Notes under the pieces: generated by a model
Database searches by the model: none
What the model was told of the DNA's origin: nothing
What the model saw: only the letters and a program-made list of their open reading frames with translations
In this document: piece after piece, positions 11,509 to 23,470 of the stretch
Numbering within the stretch: the stretch's first letter is position 1
Layout of the letters: the number at the start of each line of letters is the position of its first letter
NCBI GenBank assembly: GCA_050273025.1
Contig: CP158635.1
Location: forward strand, 19,964,001-20,028,000
Direction of reading: 5' to 3'
DNA: 64,000 nucleotides
Source: Cenococcum geophilum
Lineage: Eukaryota
Translations under genes and position numbers: made by a program

Positions 11509-12522
11509 ATGGCGTAAGTACCTAGGTGTAGCGTATATATTAGCCAGTTTGCTAACTTAATTCGTAGCTCTCCCTATAAAGAAGGAGATCGTTTAACCCT
11601 ATACACAGAGGGCGAGCAAACATTTTGGGGAAATCTGCAAGTCCGAATAGGGAAGTTGTATCAACCTTGGACACTCTCTTGCGTAATGGAGGTCGACGTG
11701 TTACAGCCCACAACTAGCCCTGCTCGAGCAATCCTTAAGCTCTACGACTGGCGATTCGCAGCGCAGCTCCGTAAGGACAAGATGATCGATCCATGGACCA
11801 CCGACTACGAATCCGCCTATATCGACTTTGTCCGCAGTAGCCGCGCCCAGGACTTTCTAGATAAATTACGCAACGACGATGACTTTGAGGAGCCGGAAGA
11901 AGGCTGGGATATTGCTGAAAACGAAACCTATCTCCATGATTTATGTATAGACATGTTCAAAGCCGAAACAACAGTATATACTAAGTTGCAAAGTTACCAA
12001 GGGACCCAAATCCCGCGCCTATTTGCGCTAGCTACACTTAGCATTAAACCACTATATCTTGAAAACGACGTCGACTCTGCTCCACCCGACTCCGAGCTCT
12101 TCCAAGTAAATGGTATCCTGCTCGAACTTATCCCCGGCTTTACTCTCGCCCAGCTCGACGAGGACAAGGCCCCACATACATCCTGGCAGGCCATCGTTAA
12201 CCAGGCCATTCAAACCGTACACATCCTCTCCGACCATAATATACTAAACGAAGACATTCGCACCTCTAACATACTAATTACCCCGGACGCCCATGCCCAA
12301 GGCGGATATCGAGTTATTATAATTGATTTTGCGCAGTGCAGATTCCGGGGAGAAGATGAGTCGGATCTTAAGTGGGGTCGTGCAAAGTGGAGTCAGGATG
12401 AAGAGGGGGCCGTTGGGGCTGTTATGAAGGCGAGATTAAAAAAATTTGGGTTTAATTTGAAGTATGAAGGGTCGATGAGATATTTGGAGTGGGCTGAGGG
12501 AGAAGGGGATGAGGAGAGTTAG
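11509..12522 (+). CDS. Atypical fungal protein-kinase-like protein (~319 aa); exons 11509-11513 and 11568-12522
   Basis: ATGGC|GTAAGT..GCTAAC..TAG intron; ILKLYD (VAIK-like), E..VY.KL..YQG..IP.L, GILLELIPG, catalytic loop ILNEDIRTSNILI, IIDFAQ (DFG-like). Confidence 0.85.
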
Positions 12523-12751
12523 CTTAATTTATAATAGTAATGCTGACGTTAAACTAGAATAAACTGTGTTCTAGTGTCCATTAGTTAATTCGTTGATGGT
12601 ATCTCGCAGAAAATAAAGGAAATGGTAGGTATGCTAATAAGGAAGATAACGGTAGAAGGAGTATAGGGAATACCCGATAGTTACTGCTTAAGGACGTCGC
12701 GCGCGATAACGTAATAACGGTTCAGAATTAGGTAAAAAAGACGACACGCGC

Positions 12752-13510
12752 ACGGGCGGGCATACTGCTCCTTATTAACCAACGAAATTTTCTCCCGAGG
12801 ATCTGAGAGCTTATGGGCGTCGCCTTGGTGAGAAGTAAATGTTTTAAAAATTAGAAATTGTGTATTTTTGCGAGCAACGTCCTAACCACAAGATTTATTA
12901 TATATTTTATTGATACAATTGATTCTTTAGGTAATCGTATCTATATACTTATAGATTATAACCCCCTATTAAGAATACTAGGGGGTAAGATATATCGTCG
13001 CAGAACGTAAGTTGGATTTTAAATTGAGATGTTTATAGATTTTAACTAAAACCAACCAATACTAACTAATTACCTATATCTAACTTCTCATAAAATAGAG
13101 CTATAATATCGCCGTAATATAGAGGCAATAGAGGAAATAAAGGGCTTTTAGCTTTTAGCGTTTTAGAGATAATTAGATGTAGAGAAATATATAAGGTATG
13201 GCAGTAAGGTAAGATTTGCGACAAGGTTGCGATAAAATACTGACCACAAATGCGACTGACTGCCCATATCTAATATTTTATATAATATAGCTATAACATC
13301 ATTTTTTAATGCAATAGATAGAGAAGCTAAAGAGCTCTTACCTCGTAGTATTTTTATAATAACTAGGAGCTATAAAATAGTTGAGATACAGCAGTGAAAA
13401 AGGTGATTTTTGGTGCATTTGACGCTCCGTTACCACCAAAGCTGCGACCATAAACTCTCACCCTCAGGAGAAAATTTCGTTGGTTAATAAGGAGCAGTAT
13501 GCCCGCCCGT
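12752..13510. mobile_element. MITE / non-autonomous DNA transposon, ~760 bp, AT-rich interior
   Basis: Perfect 44-bp inverted repeat 12752-12795 / 13467-13510, continuing imperfectly ~35 bp inward; TA at 12763-12764 and 13498-13499; no ORF. Confidence 0.85.
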
Positions 13511-14070
13511 TGCGCGTAGTGCACGTACCAACGGTCTCCCGAGGGTCTGATTTATGAGATAATCGATACCTTGTTGGCCACTTAGTCACGTTACTTCACT
13601 TGTCTATAAAATTCTATCCTGCTACTCTTGCCTGTGCTGTTCATCTTCTACCCTTGCTTCATGTTATGGTCGTGGCTTCCTTTAATTCCTCAATCAATTA
13701 AACGCTTACAATATTGCGGTTCTTCTCCAACGTAATATACACATCATTGAATACTGAGTACATCTACTATCAATTATAGCAATTTTAATCGCCCAAAAGA
13801 CTCTCATTCCGATATCTCATCCTAGTACTGCCGCTCGCTACCGTCAATCAATGAGGAAATGCACTGCACACTACTTTGTTTTCAAGAAACACTTCTTAAC
13901 TCGCCAATCCGAACCTGCTGCTCAATCAGATCTAAGCAGTCAACCCTTAGCATAGTGGATTTGGGGGAACTGCTGTTGGGCGTTTCTGCGTGGCCCAAAC
14001 CCTCTAGATCCGGTTACATAGCTCCTAACAAGCTAAGAGGCATCACGCTTTAAACTGCACACCACCAATT

Positions 14071-14469
14071 ATGTGCGTCACCGCCACCTACATCTACCCT
14101 TGCAACATCAACTCACATTGCGAACACATGCATATCCGGTGCTCAGAGATCCAAAACCTCCGTCCCTACCCTGTCCCGGGCCTTACATACGGCAGCCCAC
14201 CACGATGTCCCAACCGCCATCAGGACGTCTACCGCGTTCAGGCCGTCTGTCCGAGATGCAATAAGCCCAGCCTGGATATAGAAGTAGCAGCAGAACCAAT
14301 GGGAAAAGAGATGGAATTTCTCGACCCGGAGATAGAACACACAGTGAGGAAGCATTTCCAGGCGCCGGGATCTATTGTGGGGAACACAGCAAAGCGTCAT
14401 AATGCAAGAGACGGTGGAAGAACCGCGAGACGTGATGATGGAAGCAAAGAGCTATGTCCGGAGAGGTAG
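14071..14469 (+). CDS. Small Cys/His-rich hypothetical protein, 132 aa (MC..Y.C..H..C..C..CPRC)
   Basis: Intact ATG-initiated ORF MCVTATYIYPCNINSHCEHMHIRC...RCP...VCPRC; same Cys layout as the 10090 locus. Confidence 0.65.
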   Translation: MCVTATYIYPCNINSHCEHMHIRCSEIQNLRPYPVPGLTYGSPPRCPNRHQDVYRVQAVCPRCNKPSLDIEVAAEPMGKEMEFLDPEIEHTVRKHFQAPGSIVGNTAKRHNARDGGRTARRDDGSKELCPER

Positions 14470-15117
14470 GGAACTCTGAGAGATGCTTGGAGGTGCTCCT
14501 GCCTGGGTGGCGCTGTGGATGTGCATGCTGGGTTGGAAAACCCTTGTGCCCGGCAATGAGATTAACCTTTCTAGGCCTTTTCGTGTTTTCTACTAGGCGT
14601 TATCGAAACTCGCTCTGGATGGCGGGGCGAGAGTGCTGGCGATTCGTCAGTGGTTGTCTGGAGACTTGATGAACTCAAGTATATTTAGGCGTTAAGGTGA
14701 AAGATGGAAGAAATTCTGGAAAAGTTCATGCCGAAGATGGAAACAGGCAGCCACCGATTCATCAGAGCAACCGTACGCCGATAATTAGCCCTCCCACTTC
14801 GTACAGTGGGCAGTACATGGACTAGGATCTAAAGGTTCCCGAGCAATTGTTTCGGCAAAGCGAAAAATCATGGCATCACTGTGCGTATTGAAATGCATAC
14901 GCATAGTTGGAGAAAGCAGTGTGCAGCTAGCATAGTATTACGTTAATTACGGGATATGTCCTACATCAAGTCATCGCAAAAATAAGGGCTTCTGACCGGT
15001 ATATGTGCCTAATGTCGACGGAGCCGTCCAACCGATCCACAGCCTAAGTATTCATTTACGCCGCCCCCCACAGACCCCATGTACCAAAAGCGCCGCCGCC
15101 AAAATGCCGAAATCACA

Positions 15118-16369
15118 TCATGAAACCATAGCATCGGCCTCGCCGTTCCCGTTCATAGCTTCATCGTCATCGTCGTCATCGTGGCCTTCTTTGTCTGCGT
15201 CTAGTCCCAGACTCAACTTGGACGGAATGTCCTTATTGGCTTCTCGTGCCTTCTTCTCCGCCCATGCTCGTAACCGGACGAGGTTTCTTATCCGAGCCTC
15301 ACGGCGCGCACCTTGATTGCCAAGTATGGCCTCATTCACCCGGTTTGCGACGGTTTGCCGTAGATTTGGGTCTAGGAGAGCGGCAAGAGGTGGTGCTAGG
15401 TTTTCCGGTGGGAAGATGAGGAGCGCCATCGTTCGTTCCAGGTCTTCCAGAAACTCTGGGTTCGTGGGTGCTCGAGGTGCGAGTTGTGAGGTTGCGAAAG
15501 TAAGAGCGGGCGTTATGTCGGCATTAGGGGTGGACATGCAGTTTCGGATGAGTTCGATGAGCTGCAGTCGCAAAAGAGCAAAGTGGAGGGAAGGGTCTAG
15601 GTCGAGAATCTGCCAGATGTGGATAAGGTTAGCTTATACTGGCGGTGAGAGGCTGGCTTGAAATATGCGAAAATGACACAATGTTGTTCATATTGAAGAC
15701 TGAAGTTTTGGAGTTTTTTATCATCAACACCCGAAGGCTATGAGTGGTGCATGAACTATATTAATCATAACAAGAGGGTGAGCACAAAAAATGAGGAGAT
15801 AGACTGACTTGAGGGTTGAGGTCATTAATTTTATGTATTGCAGTCTCAATATCGCCGGCATGAATGGCATTCCGGATTTCCACCCTTGGCCGTATCGATT
15901 CTTCTTCAATAGGCGGTTGGATGTTGGCTTCCATAGCGAATTTCTTCGCTGCCGACGGATACCCTTCGTTGATCAGGTAGTCCATAATGACGAAGTTTAT
16001 ATCCCTGTCGAGAGCGGCGATGCATGTTAGCTTCTTGTCTCCCATCAAGGCAGCGTGGTAAGCGAATAAACAACGAGAGCATAAGCTCGTAGATTATCAG
16101 AAAAACAAGTTAACATGTTCTCCACATAGAATTTCGGAGAGATTCCCAACTTGATATTTGGCACATCATGGAAGAAGATAGAGGAAGTGGGTCGTGCTAG
16201 GTAGCAAACATAGAGGAGGTCTTACGTCTTGGAAGGTTTGATTTCGTCTACCCGACGTTCGAAGGGATGCCGCGTCGGCGTGGCTGCCGAGACTGAAACG
16301 GTGGAGGAGCTCTGACGGACGGTAAGTTTGCGTGTCAGGCGCCATAGTCAAGGTGGTGGGTATTACCAT
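15118..16369 (-). CDS. GID8: GID/CTLH complex subunit GID8 (LisH-CTLH-CRA); exons 16369-16367 (ATG only), 16311-16226, 16004-15809, 15609-15118
   Basis: DINFVIMDYLINEGYPSAAKKF (LisH), IRNAIHAGDIETAI..INDLNPQILD (CTLH), LAPRAPTNPEFLEDLERTMALL...RQTVANRVNEAIL (CRA); canonical splice sites in frame. Confidence 0.92.
15684..15773 (-). ncRNA. Intronic box C/D snoRNA in GID8 intron 3 (snR40-like 18S guide plus a 25S guide)
   Basis: Minus strand: TTGT stem, box C ATGATTA, guide CATGCACCAC, degenerate D' CATA, GCC-TTCG-GGT hairpin, C' TTGATGA, guide ACTTCAGTCTTCAA, box D variant ATGA, ACAA stem. Confidence 0.8.
16095..16172 (-). ncRNA. Intronic box C/D snoRNA in GID8 intron 2 (U79-like 25S guide)
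   Basis: Minus strand: box C ATGATGT (16169-16163), guide TGGGAATCTC, D' CCGA (16137-16134), box D CTGA (16100-16097); guide complementary to LSU GAGAUUCCCA. Confidence 0.7.
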
Positions 16370-16966
16370 GGTGAAAGAGAGATGTTGCTACCGTATCTCC
16401 ATCAGTTGTGGATAGGCGCTGTTCGACCTAGGTCGAGGTACAGGGCCGGACGCAGATTTTTCTTCAGGCTGTGGAGAGAGAGGGATGCCTCGACGTCCAG
16501 CTTCGACAGTGGAGCCCGCTTAGCGACAGCTTGGCGCTTTATGTCAGCGTTCAAGCCCGAGGCCGGCTGACCGACAAGTCCCATGCAGCTTCGGTTTATG
16601 TACGCCGCGTTGCTAGGTAGCTCCATGGAAATACTTCTGGCTTGTGAAAGCGTACCAAGAGAGACTCTGAAATATATTTCCAAGTGAATATCTGCACTGC
16701 GTATGCACCCCTCGCATGTATGTTGATTTTGGATATTCACAACCCTTTCAGACGAACTCCGATTGGGTAACCTTGACTAATGCAAGCCTCGCTTCAGCCT
16801 CTTTAAGTTCACACTAATTTCTCGAGAAACGAATGCCGATTGTTTCCCTTATTGCTGACCAGGTCTATTGCTATCCTATAGTTAGCCGTCTTATACGTCG
16901 ACATATTACTATGGAGTGATATCATCATTTCCAGGAAGAAATTTGGCTCATATTCCTCCCCCCACC

Positions 16967-18750
16967 ATGGCGTCGGTCCAGAGAAGTCATTATTCTCCGC
17001 CATGGGGGAATGCAAGCATTATTGGAGTTGCTGGGAGCTCTGGTTCCGGCAAAACATCCTTGGCCCTTGCCATAGTAGCATCTCTTAATCTTCCCTGGGT
17101 CGTTATCTTGTCAATGGTCTGATCTCTCCTCACATGTCAGAGTTCTCATGAGCATACCTGATAGGACTATAGGATTCCTTCTACAAGTCTTTGACACCGG
17201 AGCAGTCAGCAGCAGCTTTTCGGAATGAGTATGACTTCGATTCGCCTAACGCTATCGACTTTGATATCTTGGTGGATCGTCTTCGAGATATCAAGGAAGG
17301 GTATACGTAGCCTTATCCCAGCTTTGCCTAATTGCTCATGGTAGTCTAGGAAGAAGGCTGAGATTCCTGTCTACTCTTTCGAAAAGCATGCCCGACTCGA
17401 TAAGGCTACCACCGTCTATTCTCCTCATGTGTTAATATTAGAAGGCATTTTTGCCCTTCATGATCAGCGAGTGCTAGATATGCTTGATTTAAAGGTAAAC
17501 ACCTAAGCATTCTGCTATCCGTAGCATTTCTTATACCACTAGCTAACTGATCTTTAGATATTTGCTGAAGCAGACAGCGATCTCTGCCTTTCCAGACGAC
17601 GTATATCTATCTTCTCGAAATAAAGTATCTTCTAAGCTAACGGTGCAGCAAGCAAGTCCTTCGCGATGTTAAAGAGAGAGGACGGGACATAGAAGGTTGT
17701 ATCAAGCAATGGTTTTCTTTTGTGAAGCCAAATTTTCATAGATACGTTGGGCCTCAGCGAGAAATAGCTGGTGAGTAATAGCCTTCTTTTGTCTAAAAGA
17801 CTTCTGAATCAAAAGCTTACGTCTTTAAGATATTATAATACCTCGAGGAGTTGAGAATAAGGTTGCTATAAGTATGTCATATATCTCCATTGTTGCAGAA
17901 TAGAGTCATCTCATATATGTTAGGCATGGTCTCCGACCGTATTCAAAAGATACTCTCACACAAATCAAAATTGCACCAAATCGAACTACGTCGGCTAGGT
18001 GAAGTAGCTGAGGATGCTCCTTTGTCCTCCAATGCCACCATCCTAAAACAGACGAATCAAATCCGTGGCATCAATACCCTCCTTCTAAACCCAGAAACAC
18101 CCAGAGAAGATTATATCTTTTACTTTGACCGTATGGTTGCGCTTCTAATCGAGAGAGCCATTGATTTTCTTCCGTTCCAGCCGAAGCAGGTTTGGACTCC
18201 TCATGGGAATGCGTACATGGGTCTGGACCGATCGGGAGAGGTACGTCTTCTATGACCGTTCCCCCGTTCCCCATCAAAAATCTCATTTCTCTATTAGGTC
18301 AGTGCAGTAGTGATTTTACGCGGTGGCAGCGTCCTTGAAACTGGTCTCCGGCGAACTATACCCGATTGTCGTACGGGCCGCATTCTTATCCAAACGAATT
18401 ACCGAACGGGAGAGCCTGAATTGCATTACCGGGCCCTTGCCTCTGGTACGCTTTCTTTTACTGTTAATCTCCATGTAGTTATGCTGATATCATCTTTAGA
18501 TATGTCGGAACACGCCATGTTACTCTTACTCGATTCTCAAATGTCAACCGGCGGGGCAGCACTTATGGCGGTACGCGTGCTGGTCGACCACGGAGTCCCA
18601 GAGGATCGAATCGTGTTCGTGACGTACATGGCAGGGCGAGTTGGTGTGAACAGGCTACTGAGTGTCTTCCCAGAAATGCGGGTCGTAATGTGTAGAATGG
18701 GAGATGATATGGAAAACAGATGGGTAGAAGCGAGATATCTAGGTTGCTAG
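16967..18750 (+). CDS. URK1: Uridine kinase with C-terminal UPRTase-like domain, multi-exon
   Basis: IIGVAGSSGSGKT P-loop, DSFYK..YDFDSP.AIDFD, ILEGIFAL, RDVKERGRD, YIFYFDR, ILRGG..LE.GL, LDSQMSTGGAALMAV. Start codon somewhat uncertain. Confidence 0.93.
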
Positions 18751-19051
18751 TGGAGCAAAATCCATATATGTACAGCGAACCATAAGCTCATGCTCTTTGA
18801 CTTCCTGGTGTGCTTGTCAGAATGTGCTTCGTTCCTGTACAAGCATTACGACTACTGTTCGGACAATGTCAGATACAGCCAAACTGTACACCTCTCGACC
18901 GTAGCCCGAAATCAATGGAAGGGAATAACGCAGCCCAAAACGCCTCGAATGCCACCAAAAACCTTCCTATCTTTAGCTGCTACTACAGAGCGCTCGACGC
19001 CAAAAATCCTGCAGCTCTGTCCCGCTTAGCAATACAAGCCCTAAGTCCATG

Positions 19052-20144
19052 TTATAAGAAGTACTCCGTCGTAACTTCTTTGCCTTGCTGTTGTTGCTGC
19101 TCCGCCCGGTGCACATCGTTCTCTGGCGATGCATCGAACACGTTAAAAAATCTCTCTCCGGTATCACTAACCTCCAATACACTAGCCATATTCCCACACC
19201 TGTAGCAATAATTAGGTGCACTCCATACAGTGCTCAATCGGTCATCGTACAGCACCTGAAACCCTTCCTGGCAAAGCTGGTGCGCGCGCAATATGTGTGA
19301 CATGGCGTTGACCTCCAAGAACTTCTTCACGACCTGTGCCCCGAATGTATACCCGGCGCCTCTGGGGCTCAGCGAGAACTCGTCGCGCTCGGAATCTGGA
19401 TCGCTCCACACAAGATCTGCCATAGGACCTTCGTGGGGTATTTCGCGGAAGCGATCGATGATCTTGATCTGGTCGATCGAGTGAATGGAGGGGGAGAGGC
19501 CACCGTGCACGCAGAAGATCTGGTCGTTGATCACGACGGACAACGTTAGGAAGTCGAACATGTCGGTGAAGTAATGCCACACATTCGCGTTACCGTATTT
19601 GCGCGAGCACTCGGTGTAGAAGCCATATGACTGTGTGACGCCACGCGATTCGTGGTTGCCCCGGATGAGATGTACGCGGTGCGGGTACCGCAGCTTGAGG
19701 CAGACAAGAAGGGATATTGTTTCGACGCTAAAGAGGCCGCGGTCGACGTAATCACCTGCGAACGAACGAGATTGTCAGTGAACGTCTGCGCGGGAGGGTG
19801 TCGCGTGCTAAGGAGGGGAGGCCGCTTGCATACCAAGAAACAGGTAATTTGTATCCGGACAAGGCCCTCCAATTTTGAATATCTCTATCATGTCGAAAAA
19901 CTGGCCGTGAATATCACCGACGACCGTCACCGGTGCGAGGATGTGCACCACGTTGCTCTCCTTCATGAGGAGCTCTTTCGTCTTCGCGCATATTGCCTCG
20001 ATGACCGACTCGGCCAAGAGTTCCTTCTTGTAAAGCCTTGCTATGCACTCATCAAGATCGACAGTTGCTACGGAGGGAGGAAGAAGTTAGCTTGAAGGTA
20101 TTTCTCGTTCCGGAAAGATATTGCTTACACGGAAGACCTGGCAT
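19052..20144 (-). CDS. PPG1: PP2A-like Ser/Thr phosphatase catalytic subunit (Ppg1/PP2Ac1, STRIPAK type), 2 introns
   Basis: MPGLP..VDLDECIARLYKKELLAESVIEAIC N-terminus; GDIHGQ, GDYVDRG, RGNHE, HGGLSP, RAHQ, SAPNYCYRCGN motifs; EYFL* C-terminus. Confidence 0.93.
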
Positions 20145-21079
20145 ATCTAGAGGTCTACGGTAGGTGAGGTTTGCGCCGGCTCCTTCATTCGCAAAGGTTC
20201 AGGGAAACAAATCCAAGCTGTTTGCCAAGTCTGTATCGTAAAATCATTCTCGACGCATCCTGAATTTCCTCTGCAGCAAGGCTGTTACCGGAGTCAACGT
20301 ATTTGGAGGTGGTATGGAAGACTTGAATGACTGTGAGGCGCGGGTCGTTTAGTCACTGCCAACCAGCAGCTCTTTTAGTCGTGACCGCGGGGTTACTTCC
20401 AGACCCTTTACCACAGCTTAAATGCAATTGTAAGAAGGTCTGTATAAGTTTTGCATATTCTATCTTTATAGTCTACTCTGCATGCTCTCAAAAAGCCTAT
20501 TAAAGACAATCATTACATTGGCACAGTTGAACGAATCGCGTTGCAAGAAGCCCGCAATAATCACTTAGTCAGCGAGAGCGCCGCTTCGGAAGACATCAAA
20601 CTAATAACCTTTACGTCCAACCTCACCAACGGCAAGTCGTGCATAGCAGCCCATCTTCAGCCTGTTCTACACATTTCCCATGTCTCCGCTACTTTCAGAC
20701 ACTCTGTGCCATAGCCAATTCGTCTCACCTGGTCTCTGGAGCTCTTTCTCTTGGCGGCTGTTCTCCCTCTCACCTCATCAGCTTTAAAATTTTAAGTCTC
20801 TCATTCACCACGTTTATCTCTATAATACTCTTGCTTTCACTCAATTTTTAAAACCCAAAGGCCTCCAATACGTGCTGCCTACTGCCTTGCGAAGGCTTGT
20901 GCATTTTCTTCGCCAAGCCTTGTGAACTGAATCTAGCTTGAGACGTAAGTAAATCCCCCACTTTTCCCTTCTCTACTCCACCAAGATAACTATACCCACA
21001 ACTTCGTTCATCAAAGCCTCATCTTGCTTTTGACAGAATTGTATTCTCATATTCCATTAGCTAGAAAGGCTGTTTTCGG

Positions 21080-23470
21080 ATGGCGTGGAGTGGTCCCGCG
21101 GCAGGCACGGCGCCATATCAACCACCCCAGTACGCAAATGGCCAGCCACCGTACCAGCAACCACCTTACAGTCAACAACCACAGCAATATCCTCAACAGC
21201 CATATGGTCAGCAATCTCCGTACGGTCAACAGCCTTATCAGCAGCCACCCTATGGCCAATCTCAATATCCTCAGGGTGCTCCTCCACAGCAAGGGCAACC
21301 TCCTAGTCAGTAAGTCATGCTCGATGATTTCTTATTTTGTGATCATTGCATTATTTTTGTGTAAAATTGATTACGCATAACCAACTATGACTCACTTCGG
21401 CACGTGTCTCGTAAACTAGTCGTAGTTTAATGGTGCTGATAACGTGATAGACCGCCATATCAGAAGCGTAAAGGCAATCCAATAATCACACGCTATCCAC
21501 CTCCACCAGGTTATCGTGGTCCTGCACAAAATCAAGGTCCTCCCTACGGACAGAACCAGTATCCACCACCTCAGGGTGGTTATCAGCCTCCTCCACAAGG
21601 TGGATATCAGCAGGGATATCAACAACCTCCAAACTATCAACAGAATCAAGGCTATCAGCAACCACAAAGTTACCCGCCACAGCAAGGCCCGTATCGACCT
21701 CCGCCAAATTATCAACAGTCTGGAGGGTACCAACAGCTTCCTCAGAATTATCAGCAAGGCTATCCTCAGCCTAGTTACCCGCCAAATCAAGGAGGGTATC
21801 AGCAACCGCAAGGCTATCAGCAACCTCCACAAGGCTATCCACCTCAGCAAGCAAGCTACCAAGGCTACCCGCCTCAATCCGGCCAGCCGCCTCAAGGTCC
21901 ACCGGATCCTAATGCCCCGCCATATCCACAGTCCGGACAACCTTGGCAACCTCCAAATCAACAACCGCCTTATCCTCCAAATGATCAGTATGGTCCGTAT
22001 GGCCCCCAGCCTCCTCCAAGCACACAAGACCCGAACGCAACGCCTATTCCAACCCCGGCACAGCCTCACACAGATCAAACCACACCGATTCAAGGACAGC
22101 CTTCCAGCGCTGTGAGCATGAACCCCGACCCGGCCAATGGATCAAAGCCCGGTGAACTATACCTAGCTTGGGATGACTGGGACTTCGACTTCGATGGTGC
22201 CATATGGCCGAAAGGAAATGAACCAATCGATCCGAATCTGAGCCTTGGTGTTATCTGTGAGTCATCAACGCCAGAGTTTCGGTATGAGAGTCTAATGTTC
22301 TATAGTATGGCGCCCAGCGAAGCAGGTGACCCGTGCTCTGCCTTCGACATATGCCGAAGCAGAAGAACAAGCGTTGCGGCCGCCTGCCGAGAAGCTTGGA
22401 AACGGAGAGTCCGTGTCCATCTATTTCACACTAGAGAACTCGCACGAAGCTTTCTTGAATGTGAGACAAACAGACGATTGGCCCAATGTCATGGACGATC
22501 CGATTTTCGTCGAATTTCCGGACATAAACGTTGAGCTCATATCTTTGGAGGATGTGGTTGCAAACCGCGACCGTCCTGATTGGTCAGTCGAAGAGGTTGT
22601 TCAGGATAGAGAAGATAGAGAAATAACTGATTCTAATTGGAACGTCATGGATAACCTTGAGCAAGCCTTGACTTCAGGTCAACATTCTGCCAACGAGCCG
22701 GAATCAGACGCAAGGGATAAATCAGATTCTCCACACGCCCAGCCTTCGGCTGCAAAGGATCAAAGTCAGGAAGATATACTTGCTCAATTGGGCGTTACGG
22801 GTTCACCAAAGCCAGTATTTCCGACTCCAGGTCCAGCCTATATGCCTCCTCAACCTGTAGAGGAGCCCATGAAAACTCCAGATAAACCCCCACGGTAAGA
22901 AGGTTGTTCGTATAGCTATGAATTTAACTGACGTACTACCAGACCTTACGGCGATAAGGGACCCCCCCGCTCTAATTCGTACAGCGGCTACCGGAGTTCG
23001 TCATATGGGCAACCTCCTCAGCGCGGCTACGGCTCAATGCCATCTCATCATTCACATCCTCCCCTCCTCCCTGAATCCGAGAATTCTCCATCCCATGACC
23101 CGTGGAAGGTTGATCAGCCATTGAATCGCGCCAATGGACATGCTAGCTACGATGGTACGCGCGATAGCCCTGCTCGATCCGAGGGAAGCAATCGTACCTT
23201 AGCAGGCTCTGACTTCGAAATGGAAAATAAGACTAACGCAACGAACGGGGCTGACAAAATCGGTCCACCGGAGCCTCGGCTGCAGCGCACTGAAAGTTCC
23301 GCCTCAAGGAAACGAAGCTATGATGAGACTGATCAAGAGGATGGTAAATTGCGACAGTCCGATGATTATACGCCTCGCTTAAAGAGACGCCAGCCACAAG
23401 TCGCCGCCGCTTATAGGTAAGATTGTTCCGGGGTGTTGTATTCATTGCTGATGTTCCTAGTCGTCGATAA
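21080..23470 (+). CDS. Hypothetical protein with a long Q/P/Y/G-rich (prion-like) N-terminal region; exons 21080-21309, 21451-22256, 22306-22894, 22943-23416, 23461-23470
   Basis: Four canonical introns give one frame; motifs KRKGNPIITRYPPPPGY, WDDWDFDFDGAIWPK, SIYFTLENSHEAFLNVRQTDDW, QEDILAQLGVTGSPKPV, RRQPQVAAAYSRR*. Confidence 0.85.

Noticed and set aside
11509..12522. Kinase-like gene as a Spok spore killer
   Set aside because: Only ~319 aa; lacks the coiled-coil, nuclease and cysteine-cluster regions of Spok proteins.
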